Shown here: positions 36,411-49,219 of the stretch, in pieces
Position numbering within the stretch: position 1 is the first letter of the stretch
Layout: every line of letters begins with the position of its first letter
From: Antechinus flavipes
Lineage: Eukaryota
Reading direction: 5' to 3'
Assembly: GCF_016432865.1 (NCBI RefSeq)
Contig: NC_067401.1
Coordinates: forward strand, 30,194,001-30,258,000
DNA length: 64,000 nt
The notes under the pieces: model-generated
The model's database searches: none
What the model saw: only the letters and a program-made list of their open reading frames with translations
What the model was told of the DNA's origin: nothing
Program-made: the position numbers and the translations under genes

Positions 36411-39049
36411 CAGGGGCATAGGAAACATCTGAATGACAAGAAGAAGCTCATGGTGCACAACCAATATTCTGCCTGTCATATGTGGGACAAGGTTGCCTTG
36501 GCCATCGAGAGGGGACCTAGGGATCTGCTCGAGGCTGTTCTCTGAATCTCTTTCCTCTTCCTACTACTTAATAATCAAGTCAATATATCAAAGATCATGC
36601 CAACCTACAGCCCTACGGCCCCTTTTGAAATCCCTGGGATCACATTTTAGGCTGCATTATTCAAAGCTTCTTTCCTCAGCCTCCATCCCCAGCTCTTTCA
36701 TACATTCATGTCATCCTATCCCTCCCCTTTCTCCATCTAGGGCACCCTCTGAAACCCAGTTCTATTTTATTTTAATGATGTTGATGTGCTTTGTTTTAAA
36801 TCTCTTTGATTTCCAAATATATCCCCAAGGCCCCATCTCATAAAAGGTTTCCAATAAAATACATTCACATTTTGTCAGTTATGCAATGCTCCATACTTCA
36901 GAGAGATGGATTTTCTCCTCTCCTTTTCCTTGTTCTGTTGACAAAATGCCTTTCATATGAGCCTTATGCCCTCCCCCAAACACTTGGTAAATATTATTAT
37001 ATATTTAATTTCCTCTGTACATATTGTGTCCCTACCCTCAACCACAGTTCCTTATAAGGAGATGGGATGTAATCATGTTTAGTTGATTAATCAAGTCATC
37101 CAAGGTGATGGGATGTTTGCCATTTCCTTTGTCAATTCATTCTACAGATGAAGGAACTGAGGCAGTTAATTGACTTGCCCAGAGTCCCACATCAGTAAGT
37201 TTCTGAGGCTGGATTTGAATTCAGGTCTTCCCGGCTCCAGACCTGGTGCTCTATCCACTGTACCCTTGTAAAAGTAGGGAGAGTCTTTTCATTCCCAGTA
37301 TCTGACACAATGTCTTAACATACAGCAAATAATATTTCTTGGGTTGAGTGAAACTGCACGCAAAGCCTTTCTGTTCCGTGTCTAGAAGTTCTTTTGTTTT
37401 TAAATCTCTGTGTAGGGCTCACCTGATTGGGCATGGACACAGGGAGTGACCCAGGTTCCCGTAGCAGCCAGTGAGACAGACACACAGTTCATCAAGACAA
37501 CTGAACTGTAAATGCCGAACCAAAATATAAATAAAGCGATGCAAGCATTGGCATTACATTCAAGAAAAGGGCAAGGCGTAGGTGGGGCATTACCTGGACG
37601 AGGAGGAGTGTTGGAGTTTCATATTTGCCCAAGGAGGAAGTGGAGAAGTCCCAAGGTCATGAAATGATTCAGCTGAAATCACTAAGACCTTCTGGACTTC
37701 AATCCCAAGCAATCCCTGTTTTTTTTTTCAAGGAACTTTTCTTTGTCTCCAAAGAAAAGGCAGAAGAATGAAACTGTCCCCAGAATTCACTGATCCATTC
37801 CATAAATACGGAACTCTGTCCATGGCACTGGGCTAGGCCTTGGGAGGATAGAGATGAATATACATAGAGCCTGCTCTTAAGAAGTTTGTCATCCAATGGG
37901 GATCGGAGAAGACATGGAAACGCTTTCCTTAGATAGAAAGGAAAGAGAGGCAAGTGTAGAATGAGTTCAGTCGATGGGCGGATGTTTGTGACTATACGAG
38001 GCACTTTGTCAGACACAGATGGCAACAATCTCTACCTTCAAGGAGTTTCTCGTCTACTGAGGAAGATGACAAGTCTATAGGATCGTAAAGAATATGTAGA
38101 GCAGAAGGGAGAAAACATTTATTAAGCACCTACTATGTTCCAGCCACTTCCCTAAGCACTTTACAAAGATTCAGTTATTTTTCAATCATGTTTCACTCTT
38201 CAAGACCCCATTTGGGGGTTTCTTGGCAAAGATACTACAGTGACCGCGGCTCATTTTACAGGGGAAGAAATGGAGGCAAACAGGACAAAGTAATTGCCCA
38301 GGTCACACACTGGTAAGTGTCTGAGGCCAGATTTGAACTCGGGAAGACGAGTCTCTGTGATTCCCTACAGGGCTCTTTTTAATGGGCCACCTGCTTCATA
38401 GATACTTCATATTGTGTTCAAAGCGCCACCTAGCTGCTTTACAAATATCTCATACAAGAAGAAATATAAAAGAATAAACAGAGCCTTGAGTTCAGATTCG
38501 GCCTCAGACACTTCTGGTTGCAGGATCCTGGTCCGTTACTTAACTTGCTCGCCTCTCGGGTTATTGTGAGGATCAAAGTCTCAGTCTTTGTCCTCCAGAT
38601 CAGGCGCTCTGACCTCAGGAATCCTGCAGAGCTGGGTCCCGAGGCTTCCTCTCCCCTAGTTTCTTCACTTGATGATCTCATCCGCTCCTAGGATTTAATT
38701 ACCTCTATGTTGCTACTGATTTTCAAATCTACCCATCCTGTCCCAAATTCTCTGCAGACTTCCGGTCTCACATCTCTGCCTTCCAGACATCCAGGAGATA
38801 TTTTCAACTTAACATGTCCAAAACAGAACACCTCCTCCCCCTCCCCGAATCTACCACCACCCCCTCCCCTGCCCCCTTCTAGCTTTCCTATCACTGTGGA
38901 GAACAACATCCTCCCAACCCAGGAGTCAATCCAGACTCATCGTTTCTCAACCCTGCGCCTCCATGTCCAAGATGCTCATCTGCAATAACTCTTGATTGTG
39001 CTTCCTTCCCTCTCCTAACACTGTTACCACGACCCCCCCCCCCTTTATT

Positions 39050-39400
39050 TTTTAAATTAAAGCTTTTTATTTTCAAAACATATGCAAGGATAATTTTTTG
39101 CCACTGACCCTTGCAAAACCCTGTGTTCCAATTTCCCCTCCTTTCCCCCCACTTCCTCCCCTACATGGCAGGTAGTCCAATACATTAAATATGTTAAATC
39201 CAATACATACATATTTATACAATTATCTCGCTGTACAAGAAAAATCAAACCAAACCACAAAAGAAAATAATGAAGGAAAATGCGAGCAAACCACAACAAA
39301 AGAAGTGAGAATGCCATATTGTGATCCACACTCAGTTCCCACAGTCCTCTCTGGATGCAGATGGCTATCTTCAGCACAAGACTTTGGAACGGCATGCCCC
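39050..39400 (-). mobile_element. Marsupial L1 3' UTR fragment
   Basis: Reverse complement of the L1 end (acaggg ttttgcaagggtcagtggcaaaaaattatcc...gaaaataaaaagc). Short plus-strand copies of the same tail lie at about 40350-40460 and 43410-43540. Confidence 0.7.
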
Positions 39401-39560
39401 TTTTTGTAAGCCTCTATTGGAAGTCTTCCCCAACCCTTTTCCATTCCACTGCCTTCCCTCTTTGTTTTTTATCCTCCACATAGCCTATTGTGTATGTGTT
39501 TACATAGTGTATCCCATTAGATTGCAGAAACTGTTATTTACTTCTTTTTTTATCCTCAGT

Positions 39561-39780
39561 GCTTAGCATAGTATCTGGCACATAGTAAGTGCTTAATAAT
39601 TTTTTTTTAATCACTGAATTAATCATTGTAAAGAGCACAGTACCTGGCACATAATAGGGGCTTAATCATTTTTTTTAAATCATTGAATTATTGTAAAGGG
39701 ATCAGCACAAGTGCCTAAATCATAGTAGGTGCTTAATATTTTTAATCACTGGATTAATCATTGTAAAGGGCACTTAATGT
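39561..39780. repeat. Tandem triplication (~70-80 bp unit) of an L2 3' tail
   Basis: Three copies of gcac(a)g..cctggcacatagtaggtgcttaat..ttttttaatcactg(a/g)attaatcattgtaaag. Confidence 0.7.
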
Positions 39781-41914
39781 TGGCTGTCACTATTACTAGG
39801 CAATCAGGGAGGACACAAGGAGCTGAAGGGATCAGGAAAGGCTTCCCCTAGAAAGGGGTGTCTGAAGGTCTTGACAGAATAAGGATCCCAAAGAGCCAGA
39901 TGTGGTGAAAAGGCATCCCCAGGCGTGTCTTGTAATAATCAGAGCAGAGGCAAAGCCCCCAAAGATGGAGCGCCTCTCGGGAGGAACAGCAAAATGACTG
40001 GTCTGGCTGGCTTGTGGAGTTTGTTAATGGAGGAGGAGGATAGCAAGGTAGATTGGGGTCAAATTTCAAAGGGCTTTAAATACCAAACAGAGGAGTTTAT
40101 ATTTGATCCCAGAGGCCACAGGGAACCACTAGAGTATATTTAGTCAAGGAATAACATGGTCCGATGTGTGCTTAGGAAAATCATTTTAACTGTTTCATTG
40201 ACTATCTCCAAATTAACCCAATATATATTGCTTGGGGCAGCAAGATGGTGTAGTGGATAGAACTCCAGGCCTGGAGAAGGGAAGGCTCATCTTGAATTCA
40301 TTAGCTGTATGATCTTGTGCAAATCAGTTTCCTCATCTGTCAAATGTAAATAGCGGGGAGGGGGTGGGGGAAAAGTTTGGAATACAAGGTTTTGCAAGGG
40401 TCAGTGTTGAAAAATTATCCATGTTTATGTTTTGAAATTTAAAAAAAAAAATAATAAAATTAAAATACCACAGAATCTTTGCTAAGAAAACCTCAAATGG
40501 GGTTATGAAGAGTCAGAAATGGCTGAAAAATGACTGAATAATTTGCTTGTTCATGGCTATGTACATGTACAAAAGCACGTACATGTACATGCTATCTTTC
40601 CCCTCAGATAGAAGCTGGGACTGTCTTTTGCCCCCCTTTTTTGCATCCACAGCACTTAGCGTGGGGCCCAAAGCTCATTGACTGACTGAAGGTGGGGTTG
40701 AAGTGAGTAGACACGTGAGCCAGGGAGACCTAGAGCAGGTATTTGCAGTTGTCAGAGTGAGAGTTTATTAGGGCCAGAGCTGGGGTGCGGTCCCCTGTGT
40801 GAAGGTAGAGAAAAGGTCACATCCTAGGAGGGGGGACAACCAGCTTATCCACCTGATTAGGTATGTAGGGTACGAGAGGGGGAGGAGTCTTGGATAATAA
40901 GGAAGATAATGAGATAAGGGGTTCAGAAACAAATAATGGCCTTTTCTATGGAAGGGAAATGAAAGGAGATTTATTACAGTGGCTTAAGGCTGTCCCCTAA
41001 GAATACCTGGGCCTTCCCTTGGCCCCCTTCTGTATCGGATGGCTTTATCTGCTTTTAGAAAGTAAGCTTTGGAGGGTGGGGACCCTCGCTTATCACAGTG
41101 TTCTGCACACAGTAGGCCCTTAAATCATGTTTAGTTCATCCATTGATTACATTCCTGGGAGACTAGAAGACCTAGAAAGAAAACCGGGAAGTTCAGAAGA
41201 GGGATGGCTTTAGGGGAGGGAAGGGGGCTATTTTGTATACAAAATACACAAATGCACTTCCTGGAGTCCACAAATGGAGGAGACCCCAACAAAGATAAGG
41301 ACTCCTCCAGGGTAACTCTAAGGGATAAAGCCAACTGGCTGAGGCAGTGGGTGCAATGCTGGGCCTAGAGTCAGGAAGACCTGAGTTCAAATCCAGCTAC
41401 CTATGACTATGGGTCACTTCTGTTTGCCTCTTTTTCCTCAACTATAAAATGGGAATAATTACAGCACCTACTGCTTCAAAGGGTTGTTGTGATGGTCAAA
41501 AACAAAATTTGTAAAGTTTAACACAGTTACTGTGTTACACTGCTGGCGTTCAATCGCTTATCAATGATCCCATTTGGGGTTTTCTTGGCAAAAACACTGG
41601 AGTGGTCTGTCATTTCCTTCTGCAGCTTATTTTACCGATGAGGAAACTGAGGTAAACAGGATTAAGGGGCTTATCCAGGACCACACAGATAATCGGAGGC
41701 CAGATTTGAATTCACTTCCCAACTGAAGCCCAGGACTCTTCTTCACCACCTAGGGAATGGGAATAGTCTGAGAGAAACAGAGAATAAGAGGTGAAGACAG
41801 AGACAGACAGAGAGAGAGAGAGAGGGAGAGACTGAGAGAGATGGATGATGTGAATGGCTGCAGAGAGGTCAAGGAGGATAAGAATTGAGGAAAATACAAT
41901 AGATTTTGGCAATC

Positions 41915-42895
41915 ACATGCTTTTGGAACACAGCCAAAGTGTCAAGTCCTCAAAGAGATATGAGTACCCGATCATCTTACTAGTCTCCTGAGGAACCTGT
42001 ATGCTGGCCAAGAAGCCACAGCTAGAACTGAAAAAAGAAAAACTGATTGGGTTAAAATTAGAAAAGGAGAATAACAAGGCTATATACCGTCACCTTATTT
42101 AACTTATATTCAGAATACTTCATCCGAAATCCCAGGCTGGATGAATCAAAAGCTGGAATTAAGGTTGCCAGAAGAAATATCAACAATCTTCAATGTAGAC
42201 GATACCCCTGATGGCAGAAAGTGAAAAAGTAAGAAACTTTTGATGAGGGTGAAGGAGGAGAATGTAAAAGCTATTTGGAACTTCAGATCAAAAAACTTAC
42301 CATTTTGGTCTTATCACTTCCTGGCAGTGGGAGGAAAAAAGGGACGCAATGTCAAATTTTATGTTTATGGGTCAAAGATCACCGCAGATGGTATTTGGAG
42401 CCAGAAAAAACTAAGAGACACTTATTCCTTGGAAGGAAAGTCTGGACAGCAGACTAAAAAGCAGAGACATCTCCTTGCTGACAACGGTCCATATGGTCAA
42501 AGCAATGGTTTTTCCAGTAGCAATTGAATGGAAGAGCTGGACCATAAAGAAATCTGAGTATTACAGGATCGACACTTTCAAATTGTGCTGGACAAGACTT
42601 TTGAGAGTGATCCGGACAGCAAGAAGTCAAATCAGTCAATACTTAAAAGAAATTAATCCTGACTATTCACTGGAAGGTGAAATACCGATGCTAAAGCTTA
42701 AATACTTTGGCAGCATAATGAGAAGATGGGACTCACTGGAAAAGACCCTGATGTTGGGAAAGCTTGAAGGCAAAAAGAAAAAGGGGCAGCAGAGGATGAG
42801 ATGGACAGAAAGTGTCATGGAAATGATGAACGTGACCTTAGACAGACTGGGAATAGTGGATGTCACAAAGAGACTGACACAGCTTTATAACAAAA
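41915..42895 (+). mobile_element. BovB-like RTE-clade LINE, 3' ~1 kb (RT C-terminal region), degenerate
   Basis: ORF 42475-42912 reads VKAMVFPV...SWTIKK...RIDTFKLCW.RLLRV..TAR...KEINPDYSLEG...KLKYFG.IMRR.DSLEKTLMLGKLEG...GQQRMRW, matching the recalled BovB ORF end. The degraded YADD region is gtagacgat (~42193) and the 3' motif is gtcacaaagagactgacac. Confidence 0.88.
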
Positions 42896-45323
42896 GTTAC
42901 CAGATTTGGTAACTTTGGGCAATTTTGTTTGAATGAGGGAATCATCAGCTAGACTATTAAAAAAGGAGAGGAAAGGAACCTGGGACACTCCTGAAGGCAG
43001 GATATCCAAGTAGAGGACTGTAATAATGGGAGAATGAACAAGGCGGGTGGTAGGAGGAGATGGAGAGGCAGAGAGGGATGCCGGACAAATTGGGGAGATA
43101 GAATTCACCAGGATTTCGTAATTAATTGGATGAGTGGAGCCAGGGAAAGGAAATTTAACGAGTCCAAAATCTCAAAGCTTTTGATCCAGGATAACTGGGA
43201 AGATGGAGAATAGGTTTAAGGAATGACGGTTTGGACATGTTAAGTTTGTGGAGGCAGATGACTAGCAAATAGTGGAAAAAAATTGGAACTTCAGCTCAAA
43301 GGAAAGGCTGGGTATGGAGATAAATAATAATAATATTTAATATTTGCAAAACACTTTACATGTTACTGTGCCTGATCCTCACAAGTTTGCGCTACATTTT
43401 TAACATCTATTGGATTACTGGCGGGGGGAAGAGAGGGAAAAATTTGGAACACAAGGTTTTGCAAGGGTGAATGTGGAAAATTAGCCATGCATGTTTTGAA
43501 AATAAAAAGTTGTAATAAAAAATACAAAATCAAAATTTTTTTTTGCTAATAATATCTGCATTTTACCAATGAGGAAACTGAGGCTAAGAGGGAAAGGGAC
43601 TTGGGAAGACTCCTGGCGCTGCATTTGAACTCAGGAGTTCCTGATTCTTGGGTAACACTACCCATTGCACCACCTACTGGTCAAAGAAGATTTTCGCATC
43701 GTAAAGTCAGTATTTTTGAGTTGGAGGATGCCATTTGCCAGCCTAATTAAATGTTACCTCCTCATATATTGGGGGGAAAAAAAAACCCTGGAGCTTTAAG
43801 GGGTTAAATGACTCGCCAAGGTCCACAGCAAAAGTAAAATGTCAAGCCAGGACACGAGAGTTCTTTCTACTACACGTTGGAGGTTATTCCTGAAACTATG
43901 GCAGCAAATGAGAGGGGAGGGCCAAGGGGAGAAGCTTGGGGGTACCTCCTTGTAAGGGGGGTAAGGAGGCAGACCGTGGGAGACTCAGGAGATGTCCTGT
44001 TTCAGAAACCCAGAGAAAAGGAGGATTGAAGAAGGGGACTGGCCTTTGTACCCAGTGTCCAGAACAAAGGAAACCTGAAAACACCCAAAGGATTGAACTC
44101 CAGAAATGAGAGACACAAATCAATGTATCCGGGAAAAACAGGCACTAAGGAACAGGGGGAAGGGGTTAGGGAAGGTTTCCTGGAGAAGGCAGGATTTCAG
44201 TTGGGACTTGAAGCCAGGAGGTCAGTCTTTGGAGAGGAGCAGGGGGAACATTTCCGAAGTGTAAATAAAGTCTTTTCCTGCAGTTTGGCAGGAAGGTGGT
44301 TTAAAGGAGCAGGGGACGGGCAATAAGAATTTCACTTCTGATTGCAAAACTGCTCAAGTTAAGTCTCGGGAAGTTGCCGCGGCTTAATTTGGATGAGCCC
44401 TTGAGAAGAAAAGTCACCTGAGCCGCTAGGGCAGGAGCGAGTCAGATGTTCCCCCAGCAAGCCTTGGAGGGCCCTAGTGAGGCAGGCTCAGGGTCACGCT
44501 CAGGGGCCCAGGCCCCAAACAGGAAATGGGCCTAATTCCAGGCTCTTGGTGGGGCCATAAATACCTCATAATGATGGGGTGATGATAATTAGCCGAGGCC
44601 TGAGCTTCTCTGGCTTCTGAGTGGGAGGGAGAGGAGCGTAGGAGACCTGGAAGCTGAAGCAGGGACTCTGGCTCGGGACCCCCTTTCTCTCCCACCGACC
44701 GTGATCCCTGTTCCTGCCTCTCACCCCCTCCAGCTTCAGTGCCAGGAAAGGCAGACTCAACTTTCCCTAGTTAATCTTACCGCCATCCTAGCAGGTAGGG
44801 GCAAGACCTGAGGCCCGATGACTGGCCCCGCATCATGAGGCTGGATTTGAATTTGCATTTTCCGGTTCTTATCTCTATCCCCTGCGCCACCCAGCTGCCT
44901 TATCAGATACAATGACTGATGATAAGAAGTCCGGGGGAAGGAGGAACCTTTGAGGTTTCTGTCTTGTCTCCTCGTCAGCCCCATAAGAGAAATGGTGTCC
45001 TTGAAACTGTCTCTGCCTGGAAAAACGGGAGGGGGTGGGAGAGGCTGGCCCCAACTGAGGCCGTTTTCTTAGGTCTGGGGTCCGGGCCAGCAGAGCCAAG
45101 AACGGGGTGGGGATTGAGGAACGAGGCTTTCTGCTCTTATTTAGAATAGTTCTGGGCCTGGGGAGCCAGGGCGGGTTAATGTGTAAGCTGAGGAGCAGCT
45201 CTCGGAGGGGAAGAGTAAACACTTCTGGGTTTGGGGAGGGGGAAAGAGCAGGGGGTAGCTGACTTCTGGGGCGAGGCATTCAAGGTCGAGCAGAGGCTTA
45301 AAGAGAGTCAGCGCCATCACTGC

Positions 45324-45686
45324 CCCCTGGTCTGGGGTGACAGGACCCCCAGCTTCTGGCCTCGGGGTGACAGGACCCCCAGCCTCTGGCCTCGGGGTGA
45401 CAGGACCCCCAGCCTCTGCCCCTCTGGCCTCGGGGTGACAGGACCCCCAGCCTCTGCCCCTCTGGCCTCGGGGTGACAGGACCCCCAGCTTCTGGCCTCG
45501 GGGTGACAGGACCCCCAGCCTCTGGCCTCGGGGTGACAGGACCCCCAGCCTCTGCCCCTCTGGCCTCGGGGTGACAGGACCCCCAGCCTCTGCCCCTCTG
45601 ACCCCCAGCCTCTGCCCCTCTGACCCCCAGCCTCTGCCCCTCTGACCCCCAGCCTCTGCCCCTCTGGCCTCGGGGTGACAGGACCC
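45324..45686. repeat. Modular minisatellite (30, 38 and 22 bp units) 1.4 kb upstream of the TLCD1 start codon
   Basis: Nine GGGGTGACAGGACCCC cores at 45334, 45364, 45394, 45432, 45470, 45500, 45530, 45568 and 45672. Confidence 0.95.
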
Positions 45687-45939
45687 CAAGAGGATCCGCC
45701 CCTGGGCACTCCAGACTGCTGGAGCCCAGATGGAACAGGGAGCTTTTCAGGAGCACAGAGTTAGAGCCAGAGGCGGGCTCTCTGACTCATCCTCCTGCCC
45801 AGGCTCAGGCTGACTGGGCTTCAGACCCCGAACGTTGGACTTGGAACCAAGAAGCTCAGGTTTGAATCCCAGCCCTTCTATCTGGCCCCGAGTCCCTGAG
45901 CCTCAAGTGTCCGCATCTGTACAATGGGGATAAAGTCAG

Positions 45940-47900
45940 GACGTTAGCCGCTTGCCGAGGATCCGCTTTGCAAAACCCTAAAACACGACTTGGGTGGGAA
46001 ATGCCGCCCACCCCCGGGGAGAGGGTCTGTCAGATGCCCGGCCCACAGCAGGCACTTCATGAGTGCTCCTCTCCACATGAGTGCTCCACAAGCAGCCCAA
46101 GAGGTAACCCCTCGTTTCCTTCCCGTGGCCTGGCTGGGGCCGGACGTGGGGGGCTGGGGGCTCCACTGCGCGGCCACACTGACACCTAGTGGCTCAGGTC
46201 AGCAGCTGCTCGGGACATCTGGGTCCCAGGACACGTGCGGGCCAGGGGGAGGGAGGGGGCGGGGCGCCCTAAAGAGGGACAGCGAACCGGAGGCGGCGGG
46301 AACCTCTGCCAGCCATGGGGTCCGACGGGGCGGGACGGAGCCGGGCTGGGCCGGGGAAAGCGAAGGTCACTCCAAGGGTTGGAGAGGGCTGCGGGCTGGG
46401 AGGGGGGGCGGCCGCCCCTCGGGCCGGGGCGCCGGGCCGCAGCGGCCGGCCTCTCCCCTCCCCCGGGCATGGCGTCGGGCAGTAGGCGGGGGAAGCCGGG
46501 CAGGAGGGAACTCGCCCGGGGACGCTCCGGGTTAATGAGGCTGGGGGAGGGGGCAAGGGGAGAGGGCGGAGGGAAGCCGGAAAGAATCCCTGGGTGTCCC
46601 CTGCGCCCGTTCACAACCTGCCCACTCCAGGCGCCAGCTCCCGGACGCTCCGTGCCCACGCACCGGTAGCCAGCCCCGGCCGAAGATCGCGGCTCCCCGA
46701 TTCCGGGAGCTCGGCAGGTGAGCTCGCCTGGACGGGGCGGGAAGCGGGCGCCCCTTCCCCGCTCCGGACCTGTGGACACCTTGGAAAAGTTGATCTCGGT
46801 GGGTTCTGGGGACTGGGCCGGGCTGGCGGGGCTCCCTTCGGGGCCGAGGGTTGGGGGGTTGCCCCCGGGCTGGGGAGGAGGCGGTGAGCAGGCGGGCGGA
46901 GGGCCGGAGGGGGCGGGGGCTGGCGGGGACCGGAGGGGGCGGGGGCAGAGGCGCCGCGGGGGAGGGGCCGGCCGGGAGGGAGCGGGACCGAGGGACCGGC
47001 CGCTGACGGCCCGAGAGGTCGCCCCGACAGCCGCGGCGCATCCGGAGCGGCGCCGGCCGAGGCGCCCGAGAGCGACCCCATGCTCCAGCCCGCGCCCCCC
47101 GCGCTGCTGCTGCTGGGCACCACGCTGACCTTCCGGGCCGCCCTGCTGCTGCTGTCCCGGCTGCCCCTGCCCACCAACGTGCGGGGCGACCCCGTGCGCA
47201 CCTGGCGCTGGCACAACCTGCTCGTCTCCTTCGCCCACTCCATCGTGTCCGGTCTCTGGGCTCTGCTCTGGTGAGTGGGGAGGGGGCTCGGCAGCCCCGG
47301 CCCGGGGCCGCGGCTCCTCCGTGACTCACGAGGGGTGGGGTGAGCCCGGCACTCTCACCTGATTCCCTTTTTGGAACCCGGGCCAAACGGGAGCAGGGCG
47401 GGGGCCGAGGGTGGGAAAGGGACCCAGAAGGAGAGGGGGAACTCTCACCTGGGAAACCAGAGGCACCTGGCCGCCGGCCAGGCCCCGCCTAGCGCCCGGC
47501 CCCGCCCTCCCCTCTCCGAGTGGCCAATCGGGAGGGCCGGCCTCTCGGAACACCCCCCCCCCTCCGAGAGCCAGGCCCTCCGGGGCCAGTGGGGTGATGA
47601 GGGATCTCCCCCTCCCCCTTGGCCCACAGCGTCTGGCAGACCCCGGAGATGCTGGTGGAGCTCGAGACCGCCTCGTCCCTTTCCGGCTATTGGCTCGTCT
47701 GCTTCTCCACCGGTAGGTGCTGGCTGGGGAGCCCGTGGGGGGCGGGGCGCGGGGGCCAGAGACCCCTGGGCCCGCCACATGGCCTCTCTGCCCTCTTCTG
47801 CAGGCTATTTTATCCATGACACGTTGGACATCGTGTTGAGCAACCAGACTCGGGCATCGTGGGAATATCTGGTGCACCACGTCTTGGTGAGCCAGGGGCA
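45940..47900 (+). promoter_or_regulatory. CpG island and promoter region of TLCD1 (boundaries approximate)
   Basis: Dense CpG and GC boxes spanning the upstream region and exons 1-3. Confidence 0.75.
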
Positions 47901-49219
47901 CTGGGAAGAGGCGGCCTTCGAGGCAGCCCTTATCAGTCAGCAGGCTTGGGTCAGCTCTTGTCCCCCTCCGGGAGGCTGGCCTAGCAGGAACAGACTGTCC
48001 CAGAAGCCTCCCCCCCAGTTTTCTAATGTGCTCTGGGAGTATTGGCCGGGTAGGGACGGGGGCTAGAATACCCCTGGCATAGTCTGAGCAGTTCGGCCAC
48101 TAAGCAGAAATGGAGCTTCTTTTCATTCCTCCTTATTGGACACATTTGCTAATTCTGGATTTGAGAAGGAACCTCTCTAGTTGAGGCAGAAAACGTTGAT
48201 AATCACTTTTAAAATGGTAAAGAACAGGAGCCTCCATGTGCAAAATACTGCCAGACACTGAAGTCCTTTTAATTTTTTTTCCTGAGGCAACTGGGGTTGT
48301 GACTTGCCCAGGGTCACAACTACGAAGTATGTCTGAGTCCATATTTGAACTCGGGTCCTCCTGAGTCCAGGGCTGCTGCTCTATCTCCTGCACCACCTAG
48401 CTGTCCCTTCGGTCTTGCTGATTGAAAAGGCAGAGCTCTGTGGGAGGGGAGCACCAACACCAGACCTGAAATCCCATGACAAGGATTTGGGTTGGGCCCT
48501 CAGGAGAGCCCTGTCTGCATGTCCCCACCCATTGGCCTAGCCAGCTGTGGCCGTCTGACCGGGTCTACCAGCTTTCTGTGCCCTGGAGACAACACAGGTG
48601 GCTAGTGTGGGTGAAGAGGGATTGCAGAGAGCAGCACTAGGAGCAAGACCAAGCTTCCCACTGGCCCTCCTGGGGACTGCAGAGAAGCCCGACACATGGT
48701 AACCCGAGTATAGATGTATTTAAAAACCAAGATCTAAGATCTCCTGCTGCAGTGACTCCTTGGGAGGAAAGGGGCTCATCTCTGAGGTATCCCTCTTCCC
48801 TGGGTGGTCCTCCACTGACATCTCTTCTCTCCTAGGCCATCTTTGCCTTTGCCTCGGGCATCTTTCAGGGCAGCTTCGTGGCAGGGGGCGTCATGACCCT
48901 CTTTGTGGAAGTCAGCAACATCTTCCTCACCATAAGAATGTTGATGAAGCTCAGCAACAATCAGAACCACGTTTTCTACGAGATCAACAAGTACATCAAC
49001 CTGTTGATGTATTTCCTCTTCCGCCTGGCTCCCCAGGCCTACCTCACCAGCTTTTTCCTTCAATACCTGGGGCAGAAGACACTGGGAGCCTTTCTGCTCA
49101 CCATCCTGTTGCTGCTGGACCTGATGATCCTCACCTACTTCTCCCGCCTCCTCCGATCAGACTTCTGCCCAAATAGAGCTTCCCTTCGGCCTAACAATGA
49201 CAAGTTTCTGATTGACTGA
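47080..49219 (+). CDS. TLCD1: TLC domain-containing protein 1 (TRAM/LAG1/CLN8 family), 246 aa, 4 exons
   Basis: Exons 47080-47270, 47630-47712, 47804-47886, 48836-49219. Introns are GT-AG and the total of 741 nt is 246 aa plus stop. Motifs: RTWRWHNLLVSFAHSIVSG, YFIHDTLDIV, WEYLVHH, EVSNIFLTIRM, YFLFRLAPQAYLT, YFSRLLRSDF. Confidence 0.97.
48272..48408 (-). mobile_element. WSINE1/Mar-type SINE in TLCD1 intron 3
   Basis: T-tract followed by gaggcaactggggtt gtgacttgcccagggtcaca...tttgaactcgggtcctcctgagtccagggct...ccacctagctgtccc. Confidence 0.8.

Noticed and set aside
45141-45756. Three overlapping minus-strand ORFs with EAGGPVTPRP-type repeats, superficially like NARR repeats
   Set aside because: All three frames are open because of the GC-rich VNTR. 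The unit is 30/38/22 bp rather than 27 bp, and the site is far from RAB34.
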